Below the pieces are notes generated by a model. The model was not told the DNA's origin and ran no database searches. It was given only the letters and a program-made list of their open reading frames with translations. The position numbers were made by a program, and so were the translations under genes. DNA of 64,000 nt from Candidatus Omnitrophota bacterium (lineage in GTDB: Bacteria > Omnitrophota > Gorgyraeia > Gygaellales > Profunditerraquicolaceae), in contig JAQUQW010000002.1 of assembly GCA_028716245.1 (NCBI GenBank), forward strand, positions 421,346 to 485,345, in the 5' to 3' direction. Below, in pieces: positions 17,410 through 26,406 of the stretch (within the stretch, counting starts at the first letter, position 1; each line of letters begins with the position of its first letter).

Positions 17410-18361
17410 CGATAGTAATAATATCGCGGTAAAGGTGGAGGACCTTGAAAAAAAGTTCGGCAGCTTTACCGCCGTCAACCAAATTAACTTTGAGGTCAAG
17501 CAGGGGGAGATCTTCGGCTTTCTTGGCCCAAACGGGGCGGGAAAATCCACGACCATCAGGATGCTCTGTGGTATTTATTCGCCGACATCCGGAAGAGGCA
17601 CGGTAGGCGGTTATGATATAGTCAAAGAGCAGGATAAGATCAAGGAGCATATCGGTTACATGTCACAGAAATTTTCCCTTTACGATGACCTGACTGTCGA
17701 GGAGAATATCGATTTTTACAGCCGTATTTACAATATCCCCGCGGCAGAGAGGGAAAAACGCAAAGAGGAGACGATAAGGTTAGCCGGCATCGAAGGGTTC
17801 CGCAAGAACCTCACCAGCACCCTTTCCGGGGGATGGAAGCAGCGCCTGGCGCTGGGGTGCGCGATCATCCACCAGCCGAAAATTATTTTTCTGGATGAGC
17901 CGACTTCCGGGGTGGATCCGATAACCCGCAATAATTTCTGGAATATTATCAAGGGGATGGCCAAAGAAGGGAAGACAGTTTTTGTGACTACCCACTATAT
18001 GGAGGAGGCAGAAAACTGCAACCGCCTGGTGATGATTTATCATGGGACGATGATTGCCATGGGCAGCCCCGAAGAAATGAAAATCAGGATTATGAAAAAT
18101 GATATTCTTGAGGTGATCATGCCGCAGGCGGAAAACTGGCTGGAAAAAATTTCGCAACTGGAGTCGGTCAAGGAAAGCGCGCTTTTTGGGGTCAACATCC
18201 ACGCGGTAGTTACCCAGGCGCAAAAAGCAGCCCAGGAGATAACCAGCCTTCTTGAGCAGGGAAAAGTCAGCGGATATTCCGTAAAAAAGATCAAGGCCTC
18301 CCTTGAAGATGTTTTTGTTTCTTTGATCGAGAATTATGACGCGCAGCATAAAGAAAAATGA
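17396..18361 (+). CDS. ABC transporter ATP-binding protein (second ATPase, ABC-2 type)
   Basis: Walker A 'GPNGAGKST', signature 'LSGGWKQRL' and Walker B 'IFLDEPT'. The likely start is M at 17390 or 17396, overlapping the previous stop. Confidence 0.85.
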   Translation: MNPGNDSNNIAVKVEDLEKKFGSFTAVNQINFEVKQGEIFGFLGPNGAGKSTTIRMLCGIYSPTSGRGTVGGYDIVKEQDKIKEHIGYMSQKFSLYDDLTVEENIDFYSRIYNIPAAEREKRKEETIRLAGIEGFRKNLTSTLSGGWKQRLALGCAIIHQPKIIFLDEPTSGVDPITRNNFWNIIKGMAKEGKTVFVTTHYMEEAENCNRLVMIYHGTMIAMGSPEEMKIRIMKNDILEVIMPQAENWLEKISQLESVKESALFGVNIHAVVTQAQKAAQEITSLLEQGKVSGYSVKKIKASLEDVFVSLIENYDAQHKEK

Positions 18362-19491
18362 ATTTAAAAAGGATCGGCGCCATAGCAAATAAGGAATTTA
18401 TCCAGATTAAACGCGACCCCCGTTCCCTGGGGCTGGCCCTGGTAATACCGGTAGTGCTTTTATTAATTTTTGGGTACGGGCTTTCATTGGATATCGATAA
18501 GGTGCCTACCGTCATTTGGAACCAGGATGCCTCTTCCCAGCTTACGCGTAATTTCCTGCTCAATTTCAAATACTCGAAATATTTTAAAATAATCAGGTAT
18601 ACCGATAATTACCGGGATATCGAACACCTGATTGATAACGGCCAGGCAATGATGGCCCTGGTTATCCCCAAAGATTTTTCGCATTATATCGAGTCGGGAA
18701 AAGCTGCGCCGCTACAACTATTGGTGGACGGCAGCGATTCCAATACCGCAACTGTCGCCATGGGCTATGTGCGGGCTGTGGTTGCCAAATATAACCTGGA
18801 TTTACTCGTTGAGACGTTCCGTCAGCAGGGTTTAGTTCCCCGGAAATCAGCCGAGCTGCGTCCGAGAGTATGGTTTAATATGGGTTTAAATAGCCGCTGG
18901 TTTATCGTGCCGGGAGTAATCGCGATGATTATTATGATTATTGCCGCGTTGCTTACCTCAATCTGTATAGCCCGCGAATGGGAAAGAGGCACAATGGAGC
19001 AATTGGTTTCTACTCCCGTAAAACCCCGGGAGCTGATCATCGGAAAATTCCTGCCTTATTTTATCATTGGTTTCTTTGATCTTTTTATAGCGGTAGTTAT
19101 GGCCAGGTTCCTTTTTGGCGTCCCTTTTCAGGGAAGTTATTTTACACTCATTGTTTTAAGCGCGCTCTTTTTAACCGGCGCCTTATCCCAGGGTATTTTG
19201 ATTTCTACCGTTGGCCGGACGCAATTATTAGCCAGCCAGCTGGCAATGCTTTCTACCTTTATACCGACGATGCTTTTATCCGGTTTTATCTATCCGATCT
19301 TCAATATGCCGCCGCTGGTCCAAGCGATTACCTATCTTATCCCCGCCCGTTATTACATCGTCATCTTGCGGGGATTATTCTTAAAAGGTAACGGGATGGA
19401 GGTAATGTGGAATGAGGCTCTTTTTTTGGCGTTATTTGCTTTTTTGATGTTTGGGTTGGCGATAAATAAATTCAAGAAGAAGGTGGCCTGA
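18358..19491 (+). CDS. ABC-2 family transporter permease
   Basis: N-terminal TM, large periplasmic loop, then a 5-TM ABC-2 membrane domain. The gene is translationally coupled to the ATPase. Confidence 0.8.
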   Translation: MNLKRIGAIANKEFIQIKRDPRSLGLALVIPVVLLLIFGYGLSLDIDKVPTVIWNQDASSQLTRNFLLNFKYSKYFKIIRYTDNYRDIEHLIDNGQAMMALVIPKDFSHYIESGKAAPLQLLVDGSDSNTATVAMGYVRAVVAKYNLDLLVETFRQQGLVPRKSAELRPRVWFNMGLNSRWFIVPGVIAMIIMIIAALLTSICIAREWERGTMEQLVSTPVKPRELIIGKFLPYFIIGFFDLFIAVVMARFLFGVPFQGSYFTLIVLSALFLTGALSQGILISTVGRTQLLASQLAMLSTFIPTMLLSGFIYPIFNMPPLVQAITYLIPARYYIVILRGLFLKGNGMEVMWNEALFLALFAFLMFGLAINKFKKKVA

Positions 19492-19494
19492 TTT

Positions 19495-20622
19495 ATGTTT
19501 GAGCGGATCAAAGCTGTTTTGATCAAAGAATTTAAGCAGGTCCTGCGCGACCCAAGGATGAAGACGGTTATTTTTATCTCTCCGCTTATTCAGATAATCA
19601 TCTTTGGCTATGCCGCCAATAAAGATATCAATTATATCCCCACCGCTATTTACGATCAGGATAATACCAAGGAGAGCCGTAACCTCCTGCATAAATTTAC
19701 TTACTCCGGGTACTTTGTCCCTAAATATTACATCGATGACCAAAGCCAACAGGATGGGCTAATCGATAAGGGGCTGGTAAATGCGGTTATCTGCATTGAC
19801 CGGGGTTTTAGCCGTAATCTTAATGCCGATAAACCGGCCAATATCCAATTAATCCTGGACGGATCGGATTCAAATACAGCGATGATCATTATGGGTTATG
19901 CCAATACGATTGTCAGTAAATATCAGTATGACCTGTTCAAGGATGAAGCTGCGGCAAAAGGGTTAACCGCGCAGTGGCCCGGTGTTGACCTTAGGGAGCG
20001 GGCCTGGTTTAACGATAATCTTATATCGAGAAATTATTACCTGCCGGGAGTCATCGCCTCGATCGTGACGATAATGTCGCTTTTACTGACGGCCATGGCT
20101 ATCGTCAGAGAAAAAGAGATCGGCACCATGGAGCAGTTGATCGTCAGTCCCTTAAAGCCCATTGAGCTTATTTTAGGAAAGCTCCTGCCTTTTGGCGTAA
20201 TCGCGCTTATGCAATTTACGTTTATTGCTTCCCTGGGCGTATTCTGGTTCCATATACCGTTTAGAGGAAGCCTGCTTTTATTGACGCTGGCTACAATAAT
20301 ATACTTATTTACTAGTTTGGGGGCAGGCCTGTTTATTTCAACCATAGCCTCAACCCAGCAGGAGGCAATGATGTCGGTTTTCCTGTTTTATATGCCGACA
20401 ATACTGTTGTCCGGGTTTGCTTATCCCATCGCGAATATGCCGGAGGTTATCCGCTGGTTTACCTTGCTCAACCCGATGCGTTATTTTTTAGTGGTTATCA
20501 GGGGGATATTCTTAAAAGGCACAGGGATAGAGGTGCTTTTGGACCAGCTTATCCCGCTGGTTATCTTTGGGCTGGTCGTCATTACCTTAAGTACCTTGAG
20601 GTTCAGGAAAAAACTTACTTGA
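19495..20622 (+). CDS. ABC-2 family transporter permease (paralogue)
   Basis: Paralogue of the previous permease with the same topology ('[14 protein letters not shown]'). Together the cluster has a YbhFSR-like 2 ATPase + 2 permease arrangement. Confidence 0.8.
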   Translation: MFERIKAVLIKEFKQVLRDPRMKTVIFISPLIQIIIFGYAANKDINYIPTAIYDQDNTKESRNLLHKFTYSGYFVPKYYIDDQSQQDGLIDKGLVNAVICIDRGFSRNLNADKPANIQLILDGSDSNTAMIIMGYANTIVSKYQYDLFKDEAAAKGLTAQWPGVDLRERAWFNDNLISRNYYLPGVIASIVTIMSLLLTAMAIVREKEIGTMEQLIVSPLKPIELILGKLLPFGVIALMQFTFIASLGVFWFHIPFRGSLLLLTLATIIYLFTSLGAGLFISTIASTQQEAMMSVFLFYMPTILLSGFAYPIANMPEVIRWFTLLNPMRYFLVVIRGIFLKGTGIEVLLDQLIPLVIFGLVVITLSTLRFRKKLT

Positions 20623-20644
20623 TTTTCTTAATGGAGGACAATTT

Positions 20645-21604
20645 ATGCTGCAGCTGATCGTCGATTGGTTGATGTATTCTGTTTTTAAGCTGGACGCTAA
20701 TTCCAGGATAAATGCGGCTATTAATTTTTTTATTTATGATTCCGTAAAGATAATTTTACTTTTATTCGTGATGATTTCCGCAATAGGATTTTTACGGAGT
20801 TTTTTATCGCAGCAAAAAATCAAAGCCTGGATTACGGGGACTAAAGGATGGGGCAATTTCTTTGCCTCCTTATTCGGCGCGATAACGCCATTTTGCTCCT
20901 GCTCTTCGATCCCGCTGTTTATGAGCTTTTTGGCCGCCGGAATTCCCCTGGGCGTAACTTTTTCTTTCCTGGTCACCTCGCCGCTTATTAATGAGTACCT
21001 GGTTGTATTGATGATCGGCTTTTTCGGTTGGAAGATCACATTGGCGTATGTGATCAGCGGGATGACTATCGGGATTGTCACCGGGATAATTTTAGGCAAA
21101 ATGGAATTGGAAAAGTACCTTGAGAAAGATATTTTTACCGCCAGTCTCGGAGATACCTGTGAAATCAAGACCAAAGGGATAAAACAGAGGATCATCTTTG
21201 GAATGAATGAGGCGGTATGCGTTATAAATAAAATATGGGCTTGGGTCCTTGCAGGCGTGGGCCTGGGCGCGCTTATCCACAATTATGTCCCTCAATCAGC
21301 GGTCCAGGTGATCGTAAATAAAACAGGATTTTTTTCCGTGCCTTTAGCGACTGTTATTGGCGTGCCGATGTATGGCAGTTGCGCGGCCATTGTCCCTATC
21401 GCGGTTGTTTTGTTCCAGAAGGGTTTCCCCTTAGGCACTGCTTTAGCGTTTATGATGGCAGTAGCCGCCTTAAGTTTGCCTGAGGCAATCATGCTTAGAA
21501 GAGCAATGAAGCCAAAACTGATCTTTATCTTTTTTGGCATAACAACGTTAGGCATCATATTTACAGGTTATTTATTTAATTTATTGCAAAAGATATTGAG
21601 CTAA
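20645..21604 (+). CDS. ArsP/DUF318-family permease (putative organoarsenical/metalloid or thiol-reactive compound efflux permease)
   Basis: About 8 TM segments, with '[13 protein letters not shown]' matching the TPFCSCS cysteine motif of the ArsP permease family. Confidence 0.6.
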   Translation: MLQLIVDWLMYSVFKLDANSRINAAINFFIYDSVKIILLLFVMISAIGFLRSFLSQQKIKAWITGTKGWGNFFASLFGAITPFCSCSSIPLFMSFLAAGIPLGVTFSFLVTSPLINEYLVVLMIGFFGWKITLAYVISGMTIGIVTGIILGKMELEKYLEKDIFTASLGDTCEIKTKGIKQRIIFGMNEAVCVINKIWAWVLAGVGLGALIHNYVPQSAVQVIVNKTGFFSVPLATVIGVPMYGSCAAIVPIAVVLFQKGFPLGTALAFMMAVAALSLPEAIMLRRAMKPKLIFIFFGITTLGIIFTGYLFNLLQKILS

Positions 21605-21699
21605 GAGTTCTTTATAAATTGCTAAAAAACTTATTATTTATGGTAAAATATAACAAATGGAAGTAAAGATTAAGCTAAGGATAGAAAGGAGGGATAAAG

Positions 21700-22095
21700 A
21701 TGGCGGACTTTAAGGATTTGCTGCAAACCGCGGACTGGAAAACCGAAAAACATGTTCCGGTAATTGAGATGCCTGATGCCGTAAAAAAGGGCGAGTTCTT
21801 CAGGATTACCGTGACGGTTGGTAAAGAAATTACCCATCCGAATAAGGCCGAGCACCACATCCGCTGGATAGCGGTGTATTTTTTACCCGAAGGAGAAAAA
21901 TTCCCTTACCAAATCGCCAAGGCTGAATTTAGCGCCCACGGAGAATCTGCCAAAGGCCCGGATACAAGCACGGTATATACGCATCCGGAAGTAGGATTAA
22001 ATTTTAAGACCGAAAAGCCCGGAACAGTTTATGCCTCCAGTTATTGTAATATACACGGATTATGGCAGAGCGCTAAAGACATGCAAATTAAGTAG
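21700..22095 (+). CDS. Superoxide reductase (neelaredoxin / 1Fe-SOR, desulfoferrodoxin ferrous-iron domain)
   Basis: 'EKHVPVIE' and the 'CNIHGLW' iron-ligand motif, plus 'HHIRWI'. About 130 aa. Confidence 0.85.
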   Translation: MADFKDLLQTADWKTEKHVPVIEMPDAVKKGEFFRITVTVGKEITHPNKAEHHIRWIAVYFLPEGEKFPYQIAKAEFSAHGESAKGPDTSTVYTHPEVGLNFKTEKPGTVYASSYCNIHGLWQSAKDMQIK

Positions 22096-22185
22096 TCATC
22101 CTTAAATGATGGGGGTGGTTATATCATACGCATCATTTCTCATAGTGATGAATCATTTAAAGACCGTCAAGAAGCAGGGGAACTT

Positions 22186-22818
22186 TTGGCTAATGAATTA
22201 AAATATCTGTCCGGAAAAGACGTTGTCGTATTAGGTATCCCGCGGGGAGGTATTATTATAGCCGCCGAAGTTGCCCGCCTGCTGCAGGCTAAATTAGATA
22301 TCGTGCTTTCCCGTAAGATAGGGGCTCCGGGCAATCCTGAACTGGCGATCGGCTCGGTTGGTGAAAATGGAAAACTTTTTCTTAATGATGGCCTGGTTTC
22401 CCGGGTAGGCGCGGATAAGAATTATATCGAATCAGAAAAAATACGGCAGTTAGCCGAGATTAAAAATCGGATCAAAAAGTGCCGGCAGATTAAGCCCAAA
22501 GTTTCTTTAGAAGGGCAAACAGTTATTGTTATTGATGATGGGATAGCAACCGGCGCGACAATGCAAGCAGCGCTTTTAGCTGCCGGCCGCCAAAAGGCGA
22601 AAAAAGTTATTGCCGCGGTTCCGGTGGCTGCTAAAGAATCCATTGTTTTGTTGGCTAATTATGCCGATGAACTGATAGTGTTAAGAGTGCCGGAGTTTTT
22701 GGGATCAATTGGGCAGTTCTACGAAAATTTTGGTCAAACTTCCGAAGGAGAAGTTTTAAGCGCGTTGAGAGAAGCGGCAGAAAAAGAAAAACAATTAGGT
22801 AAGACACCCCGCGCTTAG
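22186..22818 (+). CDS. Phosphoribosyltransferase-family protein (type I PRTase fold)
   Basis: PRPP-binding loop 'VIVIDDGIATGATMQAA'. About 210 aa. Confidence 0.7.
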   Translation: MANELKYLSGKDVVVLGIPRGGIIIAAEVARLLQAKLDIVLSRKIGAPGNPELAIGSVGENGKLFLNDGLVSRVGADKNYIESEKIRQLAEIKNRIKKCRQIKPKVSLEGQTVIVIDDGIATGATMQAALLAAGRQKAKKVIAAVPVAAKESIVLLANYADELIVLRVPEFLGSIGQFYENFGQTSEGEVLSALREAAEKEKQLGKTPRA

Positions 22819-22857
22819 CGGAATTGCGCGGGTGTTGTCTTCGTAGACAAGGAGGCC
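22805..22857 (+). promoter_or_regulatory. Conserved double-hairpin leader motif (copy B)
   Basis: 'CACCCCGCGC-ttagcggaatt-GCGCGGGTG' overlaps the PRTase stop, and 'TTGTCT-tcgt-AGACAA' is followed by 'AAGGAGG'. Hairpin 2 carries compensatory changes relative to copies A and C. Confidence 0.4.
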
Positions 22858-22860
22858 AAG

Positions 22861-22971
22861 ATGTGTAAAACCTGCGGTTGTTCACCCTGCAAGTGCGGAA
22901 AGAAAATAGTAAAAGGGGTATGCGAGGGCTGCGGTAAAAAAAGCGATGAATGCAGTTGTCTTAAGAAATAG
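22861..22971 (+). CDS. Small cysteine-rich peptide (36 aa, metallothionein-like)
   Basis: My own translation gives MCKTCGCSPCKCGKKIVKGVCEGCGKKSDECSCLKK, with 11 Cys in 36 aa. RBS 'aaggagg' lies 7 nt upstream. The ORF is absent from the track because of its size. Confidence 0.5.
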   Translation: MCKTCGCSPCKCGKKIVKGVCEGCGKKSDECSCLKK

Positions 22972-23046
22972 CTTTACGGGTTTAAAGGGTTTCTAATTTT
23001 TCAACGATGAAGTACTAAGTGTATCGCTTAGTAAAAGGAGGAAGGC

Positions 23047-23388
23047 ATGAAGCGGAAATTGTGGATTGCGGTTTTTAGCTTATGTTTTGCGGGTGCTTTA
23101 ATATTGACAGCCAATGCCGAACAGCTAACAGCAACCGGCAAAGGAGAGGGGCAAGGTGAGGGTGCTCAATTGAGGCAAGAAATTCAATCATTACATCTAC
23201 AAGCCGAACAGATACGCGCGCAGCTTCAACAGCTCCAAGCTCAGGCGAAGCCGTTAAGGGAACAATTGCGTTCTCTACGTGAAAAAATAAAAGCTGATCG
23301 TGAAAAGATTGAACATTTACGCCAAGAGCATAAAGAGCATCGCCAGGAAATGAAACAAGAGCATAAGGGGCAGCAGCAACAAATATAA
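23047..23388 (+). CDS. Secreted coiled-coil protein with His-rich C-terminus (Spy/CpxP/ZraP-like periplasmic stress protein?)
   Basis: Signal peptide, Q/L-rich heptads and 'HLRQEHKEHRQEMKQEHKG'. The family assignment is tentative. Confidence 0.4.
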   Translation: MKRKLWIAVFSLCFAGALILTANAEQLTATGKGEGQGEGAQLRQEIQSLHLQAEQIRAQLQQLQAQAKPLREQLRSLREKIKADREKIEHLRQEHKEHRQEMKQEHKGQQQQI

Positions 23389-23413
23389 AATTCCCGCCCG
23401 AGGCAAATTTTAT

Positions 23414-23446
23414 AGTACAGGAAAGTATAAAACACTTTCCTGTACT
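23414..23446 (+). terminator. Stem-loop terminator candidate
   Basis: 'agtacaggaaagt-ataaaac-actttcctgtact' is a perfect 13-bp stem. There is no strong U-tract. Confidence 0.45.
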
Positions 23447-23543
23447 ACTGCGAAAATCGCTTAAAGTTATCCCCGCAGGCGATTTTCTTGAATTTTCTTA
23501 AAATATCCCTTGCAAAATATTAAAAAAGCCGTATATTTTAATT

Positions 23544-24197
23544 ATGAACGTAAATTCATTAATTGAAGATAAATTCATTATGGAAAAACAGCACCAATCC
23601 TTAAACCGCAGGGATAGGGACAGGTTGTTACGGCAGGCAGATATCTTGAGGGCGGCAGAGCATGTTTTTGCCTTAAAGGGATATCATGAAGCAACCATGC
23701 AGGATATTGCCAAAGAGGCCGAGTATGGCACCGGCACGGTTTATTTATATTTTAAGGATAAGGACGCGCTTTATTTTTCTTTATTTGAGCAGAAGTTTAA
23801 AGATTTGTTACTTATGCTAAAAGAAGAAACGGCTAAGGCTAGCGATGCCAAGAGCAAACTTGAAATTTTTGTGTTGGAAAAACTTTCTTTTTTTGAAAGA
23901 AACCAGGATTTCTTCCGCATCTTTATTTCAGAGAGCAGCAAGTTCCAGGCAATGAAAGCCAGCAAGTATTCCAAATCTTCGGTGATCACCCAGCATCGGG
24001 AGCTGGTTAATGAATTAATCAAAACCGGCCAAGGCCAGAGAATAATCAGGAGCGATTTTCATTTTACCCAGATTGCCGATATTTTCACTTCGATGTTTAT
24101 GGCCGTAGTTTTTGATTGGTTCCGGGACGGGTCAAAAAACGTGAAACAGATGTCGGCTTTTATTTTGGATATGTTTTTTAACGGGGCCGGAAAATAA
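23544..24197 (+). CDS. TetR/AcrR-family transcriptional regulator
   Basis: HTH '[29 protein letters not shown]'. The upstream region has an inverted repeat 'ttaaaatat...atattttaa' that overlaps a putative promoter. Confidence 0.8.
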   Translation: MNVNSLIEDKFIMEKQHQSLNRRDRDRLLRQADILRAAEHVFALKGYHEATMQDIAKEAEYGTGTVYLYFKDKDALYFSLFEQKFKDLLLMLKEETAKASDAKSKLEIFVLEKLSFFERNQDFFRIFISESSKFQAMKASKYSKSSVITQHRELVNELIKTGQGQRIIRSDFHFTQIADIFTSMFMAVVFDWFRDGSKNVKQMSAFILDMFFNGAGK

Positions 24198-25541
24198 ATG
24201 CAGTGTAAACTCACTAAAATCTTCCTATTTATTTTTATAGCTTGTTTCTGCCGGGCTGCCTGTGCCGGAGAAGGGGGCAGGCTGATTACTATTTCCCAGG
24301 GAATCCGGATGGTGCTTAAGGATAGTCGCTTGATAAAAATAGCGCTGCCGGATAATGAGATGGCTTATCAGGATTCCTTGATTGCCCGTTCGGCGCTCCT
24401 GCCGCAGCTAAACGCAAACCTGATCCAGACATTTAATCAATATCAACCGGCAATGAAATTCAACTCTAGCAGCGTGAAGACTGCGGATAAAGACGCCTTG
24501 GCTTACGGTTTTGATGTTTATCAGACCCTTTTTGATTTCGGCAAAAGTCTTGCCAACTGGCGGGCTTCGAATAAATTGTTCAAAGCCCAAAAAGCGCATA
24601 CCCAGAGCGTAATCAGGGTGGCGACGCTGGAATTTATCATCGCCTATTTTAATTTATTGGAAGCCGACCGGATGATCGCGGTCTTCCAAAAAGAAGCCGA
24701 CAGCCTGACCGCCTATCTTGGCGATATCGAGCATCTTTATGAGCAGGGGGTTGTGGTCAAAAACGATCTGTTGCCGGCTAAAGTCAGGTTGGCGGACATA
24801 AAACAGAAGCTGATTGCTGCAGTCAATGACCGGGAGATTGCCGCCTCTAGATTGAACAACATTCTTGGTTTACCGTTGAGAGAAAAAATTATGGTTCAGG
24901 ATATCAAAATGCAGCCTCCCAAGTTTCCGGAAATGCAGGATGCCTGGAATATGGCGCAGGTGCAAAGGCCGGAAGTTGCTTTCTACAGCGACCAGATAAA
25001 TTCTTCATTTTTTAGCCAAAGGGCAAAAGCAGTTGAGAATTTTCCCGCGCTTTTTGTTGATTTGGGATACGCGCATACCCAGAATCAATTCTTAACCCAT
25101 GAAGACAATGCTTCGATCCAACTGGGGGCCAAGATGAATCTTTATGACGGAGGCGCAACTCAAGCCGGGTTACGTAAGGAAAGATCCCTGCAGACCAAGC
25201 TTAATGAGCAGAAGAGCAAAATTATTGAAGACATCAAGTTTGAGATCGAGGACAGTTACTTCAGTTTAAAGAATGCCTGTGAAAAAGTAGCTGTGGCAAC
25301 CGAAGCGCTTGTCCAGGCGGAGGAGAACGTGCGTTTTTATCGGGTCAAATATCAAGCCGGAAGCGCGACTCCGACAGAGGTGCTTGATGCTATAACCATG
25401 CAGACAAAAGCCCAGACTAATTATTACAGCGATGATTACGAATTAAAACGCAGTTACGCCAAACTTATGTATTCTATAGGGATTGATCTGGGATTAATTT
25501 ATGAAAGAATGGAGAGTGAGAAAAATGGGGCCACAAAATAA
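24198..25541 (+). CDS. TolC-family outer-membrane efflux protein
   Basis: Signal peptide and OEP repeats. The gene abuts the TetR stop. Confidence 0.8.
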   Translation: MQCKLTKIFLFIFIACFCRAACAGEGGRLITISQGIRMVLKDSRLIKIALPDNEMAYQDSLIARSALLPQLNANLIQTFNQYQPAMKFNSSSVKTADKDALAYGFDVYQTLFDFGKSLANWRASNKLFKAQKAHTQSVIRVATLEFIIAYFNLLEADRMIAVFQKEADSLTAYLGDIEHLYEQGVVVKNDLLPAKVRLADIKQKLIAAVNDREIAASRLNNILGLPLREKIMVQDIKMQPPKFPEMQDAWNMAQVQRPEVAFYSDQINSSFFSQRAKAVENFPALFVDLGYAHTQNQFLTHEDNASIQLGAKMNLYDGGATQAGLRKERSLQTKLNEQKSKIIEDIKFEIEDSYFSLKNACEKVAVATEALVQAEENVRFYRVKYQAGSATPTEVLDAITMQTKAQTNYYSDDYELKRSYAKLMYSIGIDLGLIYERMESEKNGATK

Positions 25542-26406
25542 TAAAAAACAAAAATTAATTTATTTATTGGTTGTGCCGTTGGTTTTGGGGCTGATTTTAT
25601 TAACCTTATTCTTGATTAATAGTTTTAACCGGATTACTACCGATGACGCTTATACGGAAGGAAGAATCCACAGTATTGCCTCTAAAATCAGCGGAACGGT
25701 AATGAAGGTGTCTGTTGAAGATAACCAGAGCGTTAAAGAGGGCAGTTTACTTGTTGAGATCGATCCGGCGGATTACCAGTTGAAGGTAAATGAGGCGCAG
25801 GCAACACTTCATTTACGCCAAGCTTCATTTGAACAGGCCGGGCGCGACATAAGGCGAGCGCAGGTTCTCTGTAAACAAGAGGTCCTTCCAAAAGAGAAAT
25901 ATGAGAATATTTTGACCGCTTATAATTTGGCAAAAGCCCAGGAGCAGGTAGCCCAGGCGCAGCTTAAAATCGCCTTGCGTAATTTGGAGTATACAAAAAT
26001 ATATGCTCCTGCTGACGGCTATATAACCAAGAAAGCAGTTGAAACAGGAAACCAGATACAGCCTGGCCAGCCGCTGATGGCGGTTATTTCCCTTGATGAT
26101 CTATGGGTAATTGCTAATTATAAGGAAACGCAGTTAAAGAATGTAAGAAGCGGCCAAAGAGCAGAGATAAAGGTGGATACTTATCCGGGTAAGATTTTTA
26201 GCGGTAAAGTCGATAGTATTATGGCCGGAACCGGCGCGGCGTTTTCGCTGTTCCCTCCTGAGAATGCCTTGGGCAATTACGTGAAGGTTGTCCAGAGAGT
26301 ACCGGTAAAGATCATTTTTGACAAAAATACCGATAGCAGCCATATATTACGGATTGGGATGTCCTGCGTTCCGACGATTATAACCAAAGATGATCAAAGC
26401 AAATAA
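25501..26406 (+). CDS. emrA: EmrA/HlyD-family membrane fusion protein
   Basis: N-terminal TM, coiled-coil and HlyD_3-type barrel. The real start is probably M at ~25525. It is followed by a DHA2 MFS pump. Confidence 0.8.
   Translation: MKEWRVRKMGPQNNKKQKLIYLLVVPLVLGLILLTLFLINSFNRITTDDAYTEGRIHSIASKISGTVMKVSVEDNQSVKEGSLLVEIDPADYQLKVNEAQATLHLRQASFEQAGRDIRRAQVLCKQEVLPKEKYENILTAYNLAKAQEQVAQAQLKIALRNLEYTKIYAPADGYITKKAVETGNQIQPGQPLMAVISLDDLWVIANYKETQLKNVRSGQRAEIKVDTYPGKIFSGKVDSIMAGTGAAFSLFPPENALGNYVKVVQRVPVKIIFDKNTDSSHILRIGMSCVPTIITKDDQSK

Noticed and set aside
21092-21558. Minus-strand ORFs inside the ArsP-like permease gene
   Set aside because: They are antisense to a coherent 8-TM + strand ORF and have no start context.
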